The notes under the pieces: generated by a model | Databases searched by the model: none | What the model saw: only the letters and a program-made list of their open reading frames with translations | Told to the model about the DNA's origin: nothing | Made by a program: the position numbers and the translations under genes | Shown: positions 27,660-46,980 of the stretch, piece by piece | How the letters are laid out: each line of letters begins with the position of its first letter | Position numbering within the stretch: position 1 is the first letter of the stretch | Origin: Blastocystis sp. Blastoise | Lineage: Eukaryota; Protista; Bigyra: Opalinata | Direction of reading: 5' to 3' | Assembly (NCBI GenBank): GCA_039096225.1 | Contig: JBBPEB010000026.1 | Span: forward strand, 806,001 to 870,000 | Length of the DNA: 64,000 nucleotides

Positions 27660-28434
27660 TATAGATTGTTTATCTTAATTTAAAAATAGAATAAGAATTG
27701 ATTTATATTTCTTCTAATCTTTTTAACAGAAAGAAGAAAATCTTTATTAATTTTAATTCCAAATTTGTTATTAAAAAATAAAATCAAAAAAAAAAAATTC
27801 ATTTGAACTCATTAAAAAATGACGCTGATTTCTATTTTTTCCCGCGATCCATTCGCTTTTAACTATGCTTCTTTTTTGCATATATAGATTCAACACATGA
27901 AGTTCAAGAGGAATAAAATTCCCATTATTATTTTTGTTTAGCTGAAAGAAGTTGTTTTTTAACATTTATCTAGATGATAAAGCAATTGAAAATAGAGAAT
28001 TGGTACTTCTTCATGAATAGAGTATTGATGGAATGTATATATGATAAATAAAATGTAAAATGAAGATAATGATGGTATTATTATTGTTTAAGAATGTGTT
28101 TAAAATGTGATACTATATAGAGATATGATGTAGATGATTTTATTTATATAGTTAATTCTTTAGAATATCATAATTCATTTGAGAAAGTCAGTTTTTTATC
28201 ATCTCATTTGAAAAATATATATATTAATTATATGGAAATAATGCCATGAGATACTTCATATAACTAAGCAAAACATATGATATTTTAAGAGTAAAAAAAA
28301 AATATTCATGATAATATATATATATATAATATGTTATATAGTTATATATAATTAAATAAATGAAAAAGAAGAGTAGAATAAATAATGGTTTCGAACACAT
28401 AGATTTATAATCGTATAAATAAAGAGTAATGAAT

Positions 28435-29110
28435 TTAAATAAAAGGGAATTTTTCATCAAGATCCATTCTTTGTAAACGTTGATTAAGATCTTCTAAAAG
28501 ATGTTCGTCAGCGACGTCATGGTAAAAAGCAGCTGCTTTGAGAGAATATAAAAGAACATTCGGTAAACGTACAGCACCTATATATATATATATTATAGTA
28601 TTTATTTTATTATATATAGTATTATTTATAGTATTTATTGTATTATATATAGTATTATTTATAGTATAATATATAGTATAATATATAGTATAATATACCT
28701 GTCCAATTAACATAATTAAAGCATAGCTTATAAGTAAGTTTCTTGATATCCTCTAAGATAGAAGGAGGAAGAGAATCAATAAGTAATTCATATAATGTAG
28801 GAGATACAATACCATCTATATAGAATATATAGAATATATAGAATATATAGAATATATAGAATATATAGAATATATAGAATATATAGAATATATAGAATAA
28901 TAATAATAAATATCATATAAATAATGAATAATAATATAATAATGTAATATATATACCTCTGGCAGTATGAGATATAAGATAGAATGAATAATCATCTTTA
29001 GGAACAATAGTTTTATCTATATAAGTACCACTACAAACATTCAATCCAGATTCACCAAATAAACGAGTATTAATAGACTTATTCACACTATATATATATA
29101 TATATATATA

Positions 29111-29141
<31 letters not shown>

Positions 29142-29383
29142 ATTATTATTATTATATATATATACGTAATATAAACAAGATTTGGTCTCCCTACCTGTTT
29201 CTCTTCATAAATAGGACGAATAGCTTCAAAGAATGCATCTTTTTCAGATTGATAAATAGGACTAGAACCACCTTTTCCAATGCATTCTCTATAGAAGATA
29301 AATGCGTTAGGTAATGAATGTGACGGGTGATGCGTCATAAAGGCGTGAATAGCTTCAGTCATTGCTTGCTATATATTATATTC

Positions 29384-29419
<36 letters not shown>

Positions 29420-29778
29420 TATATATATATATATATACAGAGAAGTGAGGGAAGGCTATATTTTGTTTTACAGTTGTAGATGATATATATACACCATATT
29501 GATTAAATCTATGATTATAAGAATAAGTGAGAGCCATCACATTTCCATTACGACTTAAACCAAGAACCATGGTTTTATTCATAATTAAATGGTCAATTTC
29601 ATTAACATACCATAATTCAGTACCTAATTTAGCGACCATTTGAACTAATACATTGGTAGCAATAGAGAGGGCACGTTTTCCGTTAAGATTCTTAGCAACG
29701 ACACATTGACAAGGAACTGATTTATCGATACTTTGACTCTTAATTGTTTGATATACCTTTATAGAATAGAATAATAAG

Positions 29779-29838
<60 letters not shown>

Positions 29839-30249
29839 TATAATAACAATATATATATATATATATACTCGTTTATCTTGAGAAGGGACAACACAAAGAA
29901 CAAGTTCTTCATTCCCGCGAATATAATCTCTAAATGCATTAACCCATGAATATGCTTGATTTGGGTTCCCATTCACACCCTCAATACGAGGTCTCTCTAC
30001 ACGAATATTCTATATATATAATAATAATATATATAATAATATATATAATAATATATATAATAATATATATAATAATTATAATAAAAATAATAATATATAT
30101 ATATACAAGACTGCTACCTGCTTTAGCGAAATTTTCATAAGCATAATTTGCATCTTCACGATTTTGCCCGCCAAATAAAATAATCCATTGATTATTAGCT
30201 AATGTTGTAGGTACAAATTTAACATCACCCTATATATATATATATAAAC

Positions 30250-30326
<77 letters not shown>

Positions 30327-32764
30327 TTTATAGACATTTCTCCAATCGACAGAATTCATATCTACGGGAATAGTAGTATTAGGGAAACACAGAGATTGGT
30401 TTTCCATATGATTCGCGGGAATTTGAAGAGGCTAAGATATATATTCATTATTATAAATAATAATATAGAATAATAAGAATATAAACATAATAAGCATAAT
30501 AAGAATATAAACATAATAAGCATAATAATTAATAATAAGCATAATAAGAATATAAACATAATAAGCATAATAATAAATAATAAGAATAAATAGATATACA
30601 GAAGAATTAAGTGAGAAAGTGACGCAACCTTTTTGACCAGCAATTGAAAGATTGCTAATTAAACCATTTAATTCATTTAAAAGTTGTTCAGGAGATATTT
30701 TTGAGTTATCGATCATTCCCCTGGTTATTTGTCCATCAGCCCTCATTCTATCGGTAATTCCAGTACGTACACATAACTCGGGAATTAAATAAATACGATG
30801 ATCTAATTCACCACTTTTCTTACCATTCTTATAATAGTTGCAGACAAGTAAGGGTTGTCTTTTATCTCGTATACTTATACCATAAGGTCCATTACGATAA
30901 TAATCTAAATAAGAAATTTGAATGGGTTCCCCGCCTTTTACACGACGCTCAAATGTACTCTCAGGAGTTAAGGACCTATAGAATAGAATATAGAATAATA
31001 AGGATAATATAATAGAGAATAAAATAGAGAATGAAATATAGAATAAAATATAAAATAATAAGGATAATATAATAATAAATAAAAATATAATAATAAATAA
31101 AAATATATAATAAAAATAAAACACAAAAACAAAATTAAAAATAAAAATATAACACTATATATATATACCAGTCAATATCTTCGATTCTATAGGATTCATG
31201 AGAATAAGTAGTGACAATAGAGAAAGGTAATTCACCCATAATTTCATCCTTATTAAACTGTTGGAATTCTTCTAATACTGTATTGTGATGAAGTGTTTTA
31301 TTCTTCTTATTTATTTGTAAGAACCATTTATTATTGAAATTCACAGAAGTACATTCAAAACCAGGCCATAAATCAAGAGAACTATATATATAGTTATATA
31401 GTTATATAGTTATATATAACTAAAGTAGTCTTGATAAATAATATAATAATAAATAATTATTATTATATATATTTACCCATCTCTACCTGAAATATTAAGT
31501 TGTTTTTGAGGATCAAAATAACCGCCTTTACCATCCGATTTATAAGTCTGAGACTTTGCATCTCTATATAGAATAATAAATATAATAATAATAAATAAAA
31601 TAATAATAAATATAATAATAAATAATAAAAAAAAATAAATAAAATAATCAATAGAATAATAAATAATAAAAAATAATAATAATAATCAATATAACAATAA
31701 ATATAATAATATACTTTCCTATATTCTTCATAGCTTTCTTTATATAGATATGAACAAATTGAGCGATAATATTAGTATCATTACCAACTCGTCGAATATA
31801 CTTTATATCTAATTTATATATATATATAATATTTAAATAATATATATTATTCAAATGAATACGTATTAAAAAAAAACCCTATAAATAATATGTATATAAT
31901 ATATATATATACTTATATTTAACAAGAACAGAACGATCATCCTTCTTTGAAGTTTCGACAGTAATCGAAATAGGCTATAAATACATATATATAAAAAATT
32001 CAATAAATTTAAAAAAAAACATATAAATAGAATAAATATTAAAAGTCACATCAAAGTGAATAATAATAATTCTATATACAATATCATTTTCACTGACAGG
32101 GTTAGGTAATAAAAGAATAGTACCATCAAATGAATAGTTTTCTAAACATTTTCCCTCTTCTTTTTTGGAAGCAAGGAAAAGAAGACGCTAAAAAAATATA
32201 TAATTTTGTTACACTAAATAAAAAACAATATTTACAGATTTTTCAAAATTACTTAAACTATTTGAAGGAAGATTCACATATTCTTCACCATTAAATAATT
32301 GAATATCAACATGATGTATAGCTAAATCTTCAATTCCATGGAAATCAACTAAAATTATGAATTTAATTGATTATTTAAATATAGAAAAGCATCAATATAC
32401 ATGAATAATAATTAGATAAAATAGTATTTCCTTTATCACAAGAAGGACCTTGAGGACCTCGATTAGGACCTGAATTATAACCTCCACGACCACCACCATA
32501 TCCTCCACGGAAACCTCCTCGACCACCACCATATCCACGGTCACCACCATAAGAACGTCCAGAATCACCATAATTAGATCCACCTCTGTAATTATCACGA
32601 TCTGGTGATCCTCTTTGATCGTTTCCTATAGAAATGTCAATAGAGATTCATTTAAAAAGAAAGATATACTTTTATATGGACGATACCCATCGTTATTATC
32701 GTAACGCTCTAGAAAGAAGAAATAAGCATAAATTCAATTTTATATTCTTGAATAAAATACTCAT
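28435..32764 (-). CDS. PIWI-clade Argonaute (RGG N-terminus, PAZ, MID, PIWI); catalytic residues substituted
   Basis: N-terminal GGRGGFRGGYGGGRGG; PAZ ISYLDYY..YGISIRDKRQPLL..IYLIPELCVRTGITD; MID YQTIK..PCQCV..IATNVLVQMVAKLGTELW; PIWI end LTYKLCFNYVNWTGAVRLP, which is the Piwi-clade YxNWPG..RVP type. ATG at 32764 inferred from a 4-nt first coding exon. Confidence 0.92.
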
Positions 32765-33165
32765 GATTGATTTGTAACTATTGCCAAAGACAAAAAAAAG
32801 AAATGAAAAGTATTTTTTTTTATTAAAAAAAAAATACTTCTTTTCTAGTGAACAATAATGAATTTTCATGGGAATCTCAGATTTGAAAAGCAAAATGTTC
32901 AAAATATTGGTGGGAGAAAAAATGATATGTTAATCAAATCATTTCTTTGATTTAGACTTATTTTAGTTCTTAATGTATTTGATATTCATGGAGGAGTATA
33001 GATAGTTAGCGACTGACATACAATTTAAACGTTTTAAATCCAAAAAATAAACAAAAAAAAAGAGAAAATGTAAAATGTTTATGATCTGGAAAAAAAAGAT
33101 AAGAAATGATTTTGAGTATATATAAATAGTTTCTGTTGATGATGTTCTTAATAATGAGAGTGGAA

Positions 33166-33604
33166 CTATGTTCCACCACCATCGTCATCTTCTTCTGAAA
33201 CAGTTAAAGCGTTAAGAGCAGAGATAAGAATCATAGCGTCAGCTCCAAGTACAGAAAGAGACGCTAATGTCGTCCTTTGTAACTATATAGTTTAGTTGAA
33301 TATATTCATATATATATAGAATGAAAAGGATTTAAAAAGTAAAGAATGATTGACAAAAAGATAATCTAAGATATACATATGTATAAATAGAATATATTTA
33401 ACAAATACATACGACCTTAGTATCAACTTTGGCTGTCTTCATGAATGTAGTTTCATTCATTCTTTTCATTGTAGAAGCCATTTTTGTCTCAAATTTTTTA
33501 AAACCTTGTTTTGATTCTTTGAGACCCATCGACCGAGCCGCATTATAAACAGCTTTCATGGATGACATGGTCTTATAAGCACGATTCATACCACTCTTAA
33601 ACAT
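33166..33604 (-). CDS. Small (~102 aa) two-exon protein with basic amphipathic N-terminus, hydrophobic segment and acidic EEDDDGGGT tail; possibly mitochondrial
   Basis: MFKSGMNRAYKTMSSMKAVYNAARS..DTKV spliced to LQRTTLASLSVLGADAMILISALNALTVSEEDDDGGGT*. The ATG follows a 5'UTR intron acceptor. Higher GC than flanks. Confidence 0.7.
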
Positions 33605-34848
33605 TCTATACAATAATCAATCATTAAATTTATAATTGAAAGATTAATATACTATACCTAAAGCTTAGAAGAAGAGAAAAGAAATACCAACAGTCAATTT
33701 CATTAATTCTTGTTTTCCCACGACAATTATTCATTTTTTTACTTAAAAATTCATTATTTTTATAGAAATTACTTTTGAGGTTTCTCTCTTTGGTTATTTA
33801 TGGAAGAAGTCTTTGTTGAACCCTATACTTGTTTTGAAGATATATGATATTGTGTATAAAGAGCGGGAAATGGTTTTTTAACTATCTTTTTTATGTAATT
33901 GAATTCGTATTTTTGGTATAGGTCAATCTAAGATTTTGTTGAATATTTATATTGTAACAGGAGGATCTTGGAAGCTGTTTAAAAGAATTACAATTTATTT
34001 TTCAAAGCATATGTTTTTTTTTTCTGTATATCATGAAAAAGTTGTGTCCATAATCGAGATATGATCGATAAGAGAGATGTTGGATACAAAACATATTTTA
34101 TTAACAAATAAGAATTAATAATATTTATAAAAACTATAAAAAATAATTCAAAAAAAATTTTTTCTTTTGAAAAATTAATAGTATTCTATTATTTTTTAAT
34201 CAAAAAGTAAAAAATGTGATCTTTAAGACTTTAGTATGGTGTTTATATTCACGATAATTTAAAATAGAGTAAATTTATGAACAAATGATCGTGACATGTA
34301 AAAAGTGTTTTTTCGAGTGTATTGGATTCGTGTTGTTTTGAATTTATGACTATAATGGGAATGATATCTGATTACTATTAGTCATTTATATCTTATAATT
34401 TATGTGATTGTCGTTGATTTATCAAGAATATGATGAGATATAAAGCATTATATTTTTAGAAGAGAATCATATAGTGATGAGTGAGTCACAAGAAAGCTAT
34501 TTTATGAAAAACTAATCATTTTCAATGAAATAGGATTGAAAACATTTTTCTCGTTAAATGCATAAAATATACCTAGAACGTAGAATGCGAATTGATAAAA
34601 AAATAGGAATGAGAAATATCAACAACTCTGTAAAAAGAAAACAAATCAATAAAAACTAACATGCATTTCAGAAAAATGACTGTGCAGAAAAGACAGGAAA
34701 TATATATATGTTTAAAACTATACAAAAATAAAACAAATACAAATACAAAAAACTATTAGCAAAATTACAAAAAACTTGAAATGATAAATTTCTTGCTATA
34801 TAAATTATAAAGAAAGAGTGTGAGAATGTCTATTGATTTATATATTAT

Positions 34849-35245
34849 TTATTCTTCTAATTGAGAAGCTTTTTGATTGGTTTGTTCTTGTTGTTCTTTA
34901 GATTGTTTAGTATATTGTTTAATAGTATCTTTTGAAACGGGTTCAAATGCATCAGCAACCGGTGATGTTAATACAATCTTAGGAGCTAAACTGAAACGAA
35001 GAGAAGCGGCAGGACTAATAGCTTGAATAGGTCTTTTACGAATAACTACAGGCTTATTATCAGAGCTGGTTTCAACAGATAATGGAGCAGGGGAAACAGG
35101 GGAAATAGGGGAAACAGGAACAGTATTATTTTCTTCTTTGATTTTCTTAGATTCAGCCTTTATATAGTATTTATTATACATAAAAAAATATATAAACATA
35201 CAATAGCTTCAAGTGTCTTTTCTTTGTATAGAGATTTACTATATA

Positions 35246-35282
<37 letters not shown>

Positions 35283-35347
35283 TACGTAGTATTATTTGAA
35301 TTAATTTCAGGTTTAAATGTACATTTGGAATCTAATTCTTTCTTAAG

Positions 35348-35421
<74 letters not shown>

Positions 35422-35604
35422 ATTATAATTATATACCTTTTCAAGGGCTTCAGCTCTCTTCTCAGAATAAGCAGCAAATCGATCTAATAAGGAAAGTTTA
35501 GGAGTAGAATTATCTTGAGAATTACTACGTTTACGAGGGAAAAGATTCTTTCTTTCCTTTTCTATATATATATATATATATATATATTAATAATAATAAT
35601 AAAT

Positions 35605-35635
<31 letters not shown>

Positions 35636-38600
35636 TATATATATACCTAATTCAATTTTTTGTTGATTTTCTTCTTCTTCCTTCATTTTTTGAATTTTAT
35701 TTAAAGTGATTTTACCTCGTTCAAGAAGACTATCAGCATGTAACTATATATATTATTATATTATTATTAATATATATTCTAATGATAATTATAATCATAT
35801 ATATATATATATACAATTGGATTGACAACAATCATTTTACGAGCTTTTTCGGATATTTCAGGAACATAAGTATATTGTTTTTCTTCTTCTTTTGCCATAG
35901 CTTCTATTTTTTCTTTTCTCTTTTTCTCCCATGCTAACATTGCAGATATATGATTCTATACATATATAATAATAATAATATTAAATATTAATATATAAAT
36001 TAATATATATACATTCACTTCATCTTTAGAAATAATTTTCTTTTCTTCAGGAACAGTGGACTATATTAATAATAAATAGAATAATGATAATATATATATA
36101 TAGATATACTTCTTTCTTTTGTTCTTTCTTAGATAATTGATATAACTTATTCCAACGTGTATTCTATAACGATTAAAATAAATAAAAACACATAATAATA
36201 ATAAATATAATTCACATAACAATAATAATAACAATACTAACAATAAATATAATTCACATAACAATAAATAATATACTTCATTATTTGTTGCTAATGCTTT
36301 CAATTCAGATTTTGTTAATAATCGTGGCTTTTTCTCAATAGGAGTTGATTCTTTAGGTATTTCTCGTTTAATCGGAGTAGCTAATTGTTCCATTCTCTTG
36401 GAAATAGCAAATGGATACTGATCTCCCTTCTTATAACCTTTATATAAAGCAAATTTCTTCTTCTTTTCTTCTTCTTCCATTAATTCTCTCTTCTTCTTTT
36501 CTTCTTCATGTATCTTTTGTTCCTTCATTTTCTGTTCATATCTTTCTAACATCTTTGGACCACTTGGAATTGTAACACGACCCTCACGTGGCTTAGGAAT
36601 AGGAATGTCACGTGATCCATTCTCAAGTTCTAATAAATTAATAGGTTTTGTATTACGATTCTTTTCAAGTGCTAATTTAAATGAACGAGGAGGAGGAATT
36701 AATCCTAACGCAAATATAACAGCGTTATCCGTACATGATTTATATTCTTTATGAATAATATCATTCCATAATTCAGAATCTTCTATTTCTTTCCATTCAA
36801 TAATAGATTTATTTCTCAAACCTTCTTCGATCTTCTTACTACTTTCATCTATTATATATAAATCTTTCTCAGTTTCTATAGTATGAACTCTATATGCTTT
36901 ATTTTCTATTACATAATATTTATAATGTTTCATATCTAAAATATCATTATATACTAAAGCATTCTCATGAGTAGAATGATAATTAAATTGACGACTATTC
37001 CCACGGGGAGTCATTGATTTTCCTTGACCACTTAATAATAATCCATTCTTATTCATATCAATTTGAATAGTAAGTTTCTTCTTATCTTTATTTATTTGTT
37101 TAGGAATAGTAGGAGTATTAAGAGGAGTAGTAGAAGTTGATTTAGGTTTATAAAGTCTATTTACTGTATCATTTATTTGTTTTTTAGATAAAGAATGAGG
37201 TGTTTTAACAGGAGAAGAAGCAGGAATAGACATACTCTTTCGTTTATTAGATACAGATGTAGTATTCAATTTTGAAGGAATAACATGTGGTATCTTAGAA
37301 GCTTGAGAAGTCTGTTTTGATTCAGTTATTGGCGCAATAATAGTGGATGACTCAGGAACAGTATTCTCATTATTTAATTGTTCTTCAACAGCAATAGGTT
37401 GTTCTTCAATTTGTTTTTCAGCAATTATAGGTTGTTCTGGAGCTATAATTTCTTCAACTTTAGGTTGTTCTTCAACAATAGGTTGTTCTTCAATAACAGA
37501 TTGTTCTTCAGCAGCTATAGGTTTTTCTTCAACAACAGGTTGTTCTCCAACATTAATAGGTTGTTCATCAACTATAGGTTGTTCTTCAATAACAGATTGT
37601 TCTTCAGCAGCTATAGGTTTTTCTTCAACAACAGGTTGTTCTTCAACATTAATAGGTTGTTCTTCAATAACAGGTTGTTCTTCAACATTAATAGGTTGTT
37701 CTTCAACTTTAGATTGTTCTTCAATAAGTATAGGTTCTTCAGACACATGCTGTTCTTCAACAACAGGTTGTTCTTCAACATTAATAGGTTGTTCTTCAAC
37801 TTTAGATTGTTCTTCAATAAGTATAGGTTCTTCAGACACATGCTGTTCTTCAGCAGCTATAGGTTTTTCTTCAACTATAGGTTTTTCTTCAACAGCTACA
37901 GGCTTTTCAGCATCAATGGATTGTTCTTCAATTATAGGTTCTTCAACAACAACAGGTTGCTCTTCAACTATAGGTTGTTCTTCAACAGGTACAGGCTTTT
38001 CAGCATCAATGGGTTGTTCTTTAATTGGTTCTTCAACTGCAACAGGTTGTTCTTCAACAATAGGTTGTTCTTCAACTTTAGGTTGTTCTTCAACTTTAGG
38101 TTGTTCTTCAACAACTATAGGTTCTTCAGACACATGCTGTTCTTCAGCAGCTATAGGTTGTTCTTCAACTATAGGTTGCTCTTCAACAATAGCTTCTTCA
38201 ACAGGTACAGGTTTTTCAGCATCAACGGGTTGTTCTTTAATTGGTTCTTCAACAGCTACAGGTTTTTCTTCAACAGATACAATAGGTTGCTCTTCAACTG
38301 CAACAGGCTCTTCATTAATAATAGGTTGTTCAGCAGAAACTATAGGTCCTTCAACTATTACAGGTTGTTCTTTAGCAACAGGTTCTTCATTATTAATAGG
38401 TTGCTGTTCAACTGCTACAGTTTCTTCATTATTAATAGGTTGTTCTTCAACTATTACAGGTTCTTCAGCTATAGGTTGCTCATTAACAACAACCTGTTGT
38501 TGTTCTTCAATTGGTTCCTCATTAATAACTGATTCTTCAACAATAGGTTGCTCAGCAGGTTCTTCTAATTCTACTTGTTCAACAGGAATAGTCTCTTGAG

Positions 38601-40418
38601 AAACAATAGGTTCCTCTTCACTAGCTATAGGTTGTTCTTCAACTATAGGTTGCTCTTCAATAGTAGATTCTTCTTCAGCAATAGGTTCCTCTTCATTAGC
38701 AATAGGTTGTTCTTTATTAGCTATAGGTTGTTCTTCAACTATAGGTTGTTCTTCAACGATAGGTTCTTCAATAGCAACAGGTTCAATAGGTTGTTCTTCA
38801 GTAGCTATAGGTTGTTCTTCATTATTAATAGGTTGTTCTTCAGTAGCTACAGGTACTTCTTCATTAGCAATAGGTTGTTCTTCAGTAGCAATAGGCTCTT
38901 CAGTTTGAATAGATTGTTCTTCGACAGGTTCTTCAACAACAACAGGTTCTTCAACAACAACAGGTTCAACAGGTTGTTCTTCAGTACCTACAACAGGTTG
39001 TTCTTCAACGATAGGTTCTTCAATAGCAACAGGTTCAACAGATTTTTCTTCAACGATAGGTTCTTCAATAGCAACAGGTTCAACAGATTGTTCTTCAATA
39101 TGTTCTTCAATAAGAGATTGTTCTTCGACAGGAGTAACAGGTTGTTCTTCAACGATAGGTTCTTCAATAGCAGCAGGTTCAACAGGCTGTTCTTCAACGA
39201 TAGGTTGTTCTTCTACATTAATAGGTTGTTCTTCATTAGCTATAGGCTGTTCTTCAACTATAGGTTGCTCTTCAACAATAGGTTGTTCTTCTACATTAAT
39301 AGGTTGTTCTTCTACATTAATAGGTTGCTCTTCAACAATAGCTTCTTCTTCAGTAACAACAGGTTGTTCTTCATTAGTATAGTTGTCCATTGATTGTTCT
39401 GGTATAATTTCACTTGATTCGTCTGCTATAGGTTGTTGTTCACCAGTAGTATAATCTTCAGTATATTCAGTTTCTACAGGTTGTTCAGTAAAATTAGTAT
39501 CTTCATAAGAACCATTATTATCATAGTATTCTTGATTTTCACCTTCTTGAGTATATTCTTGATTATAATCACCTTCTTGAGTATATTCTTCTTGATTTTC
39601 ACCTTCTTGAGTATATTCTTCTTGATTATATTCACCTTCTTGATTATATTCACCTTCTTGAGTATATTCTTCTTGATTTTCACCTTCTTGATTATATTCT
39701 TCTTGATTATATTCACCTTCTTGATTATAATCACCTTCTTGAGTATATTCACCTTCTTGAGTATATTCACCTTCTTGAGTATAATTTTCTTGATTATATT
39801 CACCTTCTTGATTATATTCTTCTTGATTATATTCACCTTCTTGATTATATTCACCTTCTTGAGTATATTCTTCTTGATTATAATTTTCTTGATAATCACC
39901 TTCTTGAGTATATATGGGTTGTTCTCCTTCAGTATATGATTCTACGTAAGATTCATTGACTTCAGGATCTTGGGGTTCATAATTATAACTTTCATTTTGA
40001 ACTTCTTCTGGATTTTCAGTATTTTGGTTTTCAACATTTGAATTTTCATCAACTAGATTTTGATCACCAGAAATATCAACTACATATAAAAAAATAAAAT
40101 AAGAAAAATAGTATTATAAGCAAATGAACACTATTAAAAAATAAAAAAATGTGAAGAACAATACAATAATAACGATTATGAATAGGAATAAAGAGTATGA
40201 ATAATATTATATGATAAATAGCATAAATGAATATGAATAAAGAAGATTCAAAAACAAATGTATACCTTCTTGATTATAAGTATCTTCAGTAACATTGGAA
40301 TCTTCATTTCTAGCTTCAACAACATCAACAGTATTCACTAAACAACGTAAAACACTACTTAAGATGGAATACAGAATAAAATACCTGAAGATTCATTGTT
40401 ATTTTCGTCATTATCCAT
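34849..40418 (-). CDS. Very large acidic repeat protein (EGEYNQ/EEYTQ repeats, then EEQPIV repeats) with basic coiled-coil C-terminal part
   Basis: Exons MDNDENNNESS / VNTVD..NQE / long exon from about 40080 to 36275, then several short exons containing YTYVPEISEKA, CTFKPEIN and FEPVSK. The open frame is continuous through the repeats. Confidence 0.82.
37380..39920 (-). repeat. Coding tandem repeats: ~18-bp-based GAAGAACAACCTATAGTT (EEQPIV) array and 15/18-bp (EEYTQ/EGEYNQ) array
   Basis: Directly visible as recurring ggttgttcttcaac (37380-39370) and caccttcttgattatatt (39520-39920) on the + strand. Confidence 0.9.
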
Positions 40419-41107
40419 ATAGATCGAATTATGTATTATATAGAATAATAATATATATTCCTATAAGTAATAGAAATAAATTGAAATAAATAAATTTATT
40501 AAATGTGTTTAATTATCTGAACTGAACTAAATTATTTCTTGTTGATCATAGTCTACAGAATGAATCACTAAACATTACGAATAATATACTTTCATGGGAA
40601 TTCAAAAACAAATTAGTGAAAAACTGTAATTTTCAAAAGTGAGTCATTTTTAGAATTTGGTATTCAAAGTATATGTTTCTTTTGAATCTATTGTTTTGAT
40701 ATGAATTAGTAAGCATGATTAACCTAGTTGTATTGAGATTATTTTGAATAGAATATTTGTTAGATTGATTTCAAATAATGAATGATTTTCTTGTTCATTT
40801 TTGTTTGTTATTATGTCTTAAATGATTCATTTAAATTGTGATTTTAATTTTAACATGCTAAAAAAAATTTTATTCAGATAATATAGAATCATGGTGAGTG
40901 TATGTACTGCTTTTTATAGTTAGAACCAAAATAAATAAATGAATATATAGAATATGAATACATAAATTTGTTAAACAATTAACTTTATCAATAATTGATA
41001 AATAAAAGTTAAAAAAGAAATAAAAAGAACAGAAAAATAAGAATTAAAGAAAAAAATTATATGAAATGCATTGTAATTAATATAAACATTATTAATATTT
41101 ACCAAAA

Positions 41108-45898
<4,791 letters not shown>

Positions 45899-46980
45899 AA
45901 TGTTTGAATAGAATTAAAATAAACTGATCTGTTTCACATTACTTTTTATCGAGTATTTTTTAATCAAGGGAAAACGTTACCAATACATAATAAATAATTC
46001 AAAAATAATCATGGTTTTTTATTGTACTAAGAAAAGCTAGTGTTTCTAAATGATGTCATTTTTTTTACTTATCCCTCAGATCAAAGAAAAGAGAGATTTT
46101 TTAATTTTTTTAGAATCAAGGGAACAACAATATTATAAGTGAATAAATGGAAATTTACATGATTCGTTTCTTGTCCAGAAAAAAACTGACGATAATTTTT
46201 ATTTGAAACACTCTTTCTCAAAGGAGATATATTATTAATTTATTAGATTCTTTTGGTATATCAGGATAACTGGAGTGTATGAAAATGTACACAGAAAAAC
46301 TGACATTTAAAGAAATATCATTTCATTTTCCTTGTTGATGTAATGTAATATGCTAAATACTTTAAAGATTTCCTATATGTAAGAAATAATAAGATATATG
46401 AAACATATTGAAATCAAGTTAATGGTGTTCTTTTATTAATTACAGATATTACTGGTGTTGAAGTGCTTATTATTATATTTTATAGATACATCATAAGGTA
46501 TAGTGAGCTGTATTCAAGATACTAGATCCAATGAATGATGAGAGAAAACAGATTATCCAGTTTCTAAATGAAAAGGCTTGTAGGAGTTTCATTTATAGGT
46601 TTATTTACATTAATATAAACAGACCATCGAAATGAATGTATAATATGTATATATATTGAAAAATAGTCTATAATTAATTATATTTGATGATAATCTTAAT
46701 ATATATTGTAGAATGTGTAAAAAACAAATTCATATACAACATAAAGATTTATTTTATTCTATAGTAATAATAAAAACTTTTTAAATAGTATTCCTGGTTC
46801 TTTTTTATTTTTAAAGGGTAAAATTTATATATATAATATTATCTATATTATATAATTTTATTAAACAAAAAATAAACAATTTTTCTATAATAAAAAAAAA
46901 TATCTTTATAATAAAGTATAAAAAGAAAAAAATAACAAAAAATTATTTGAGAAAAAAATAACATAATATAATAATATTAA

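Noticed and set aside
37343-39939. Long + strand ORFs (GCSST-, NRLFF- and IFTFL-rich) and shifted-frame - strand ORFs
   Set aside because: Antisense or off-frame shadows of the EEQPIV/EGEYNQ repeats, which happen to lack stops.
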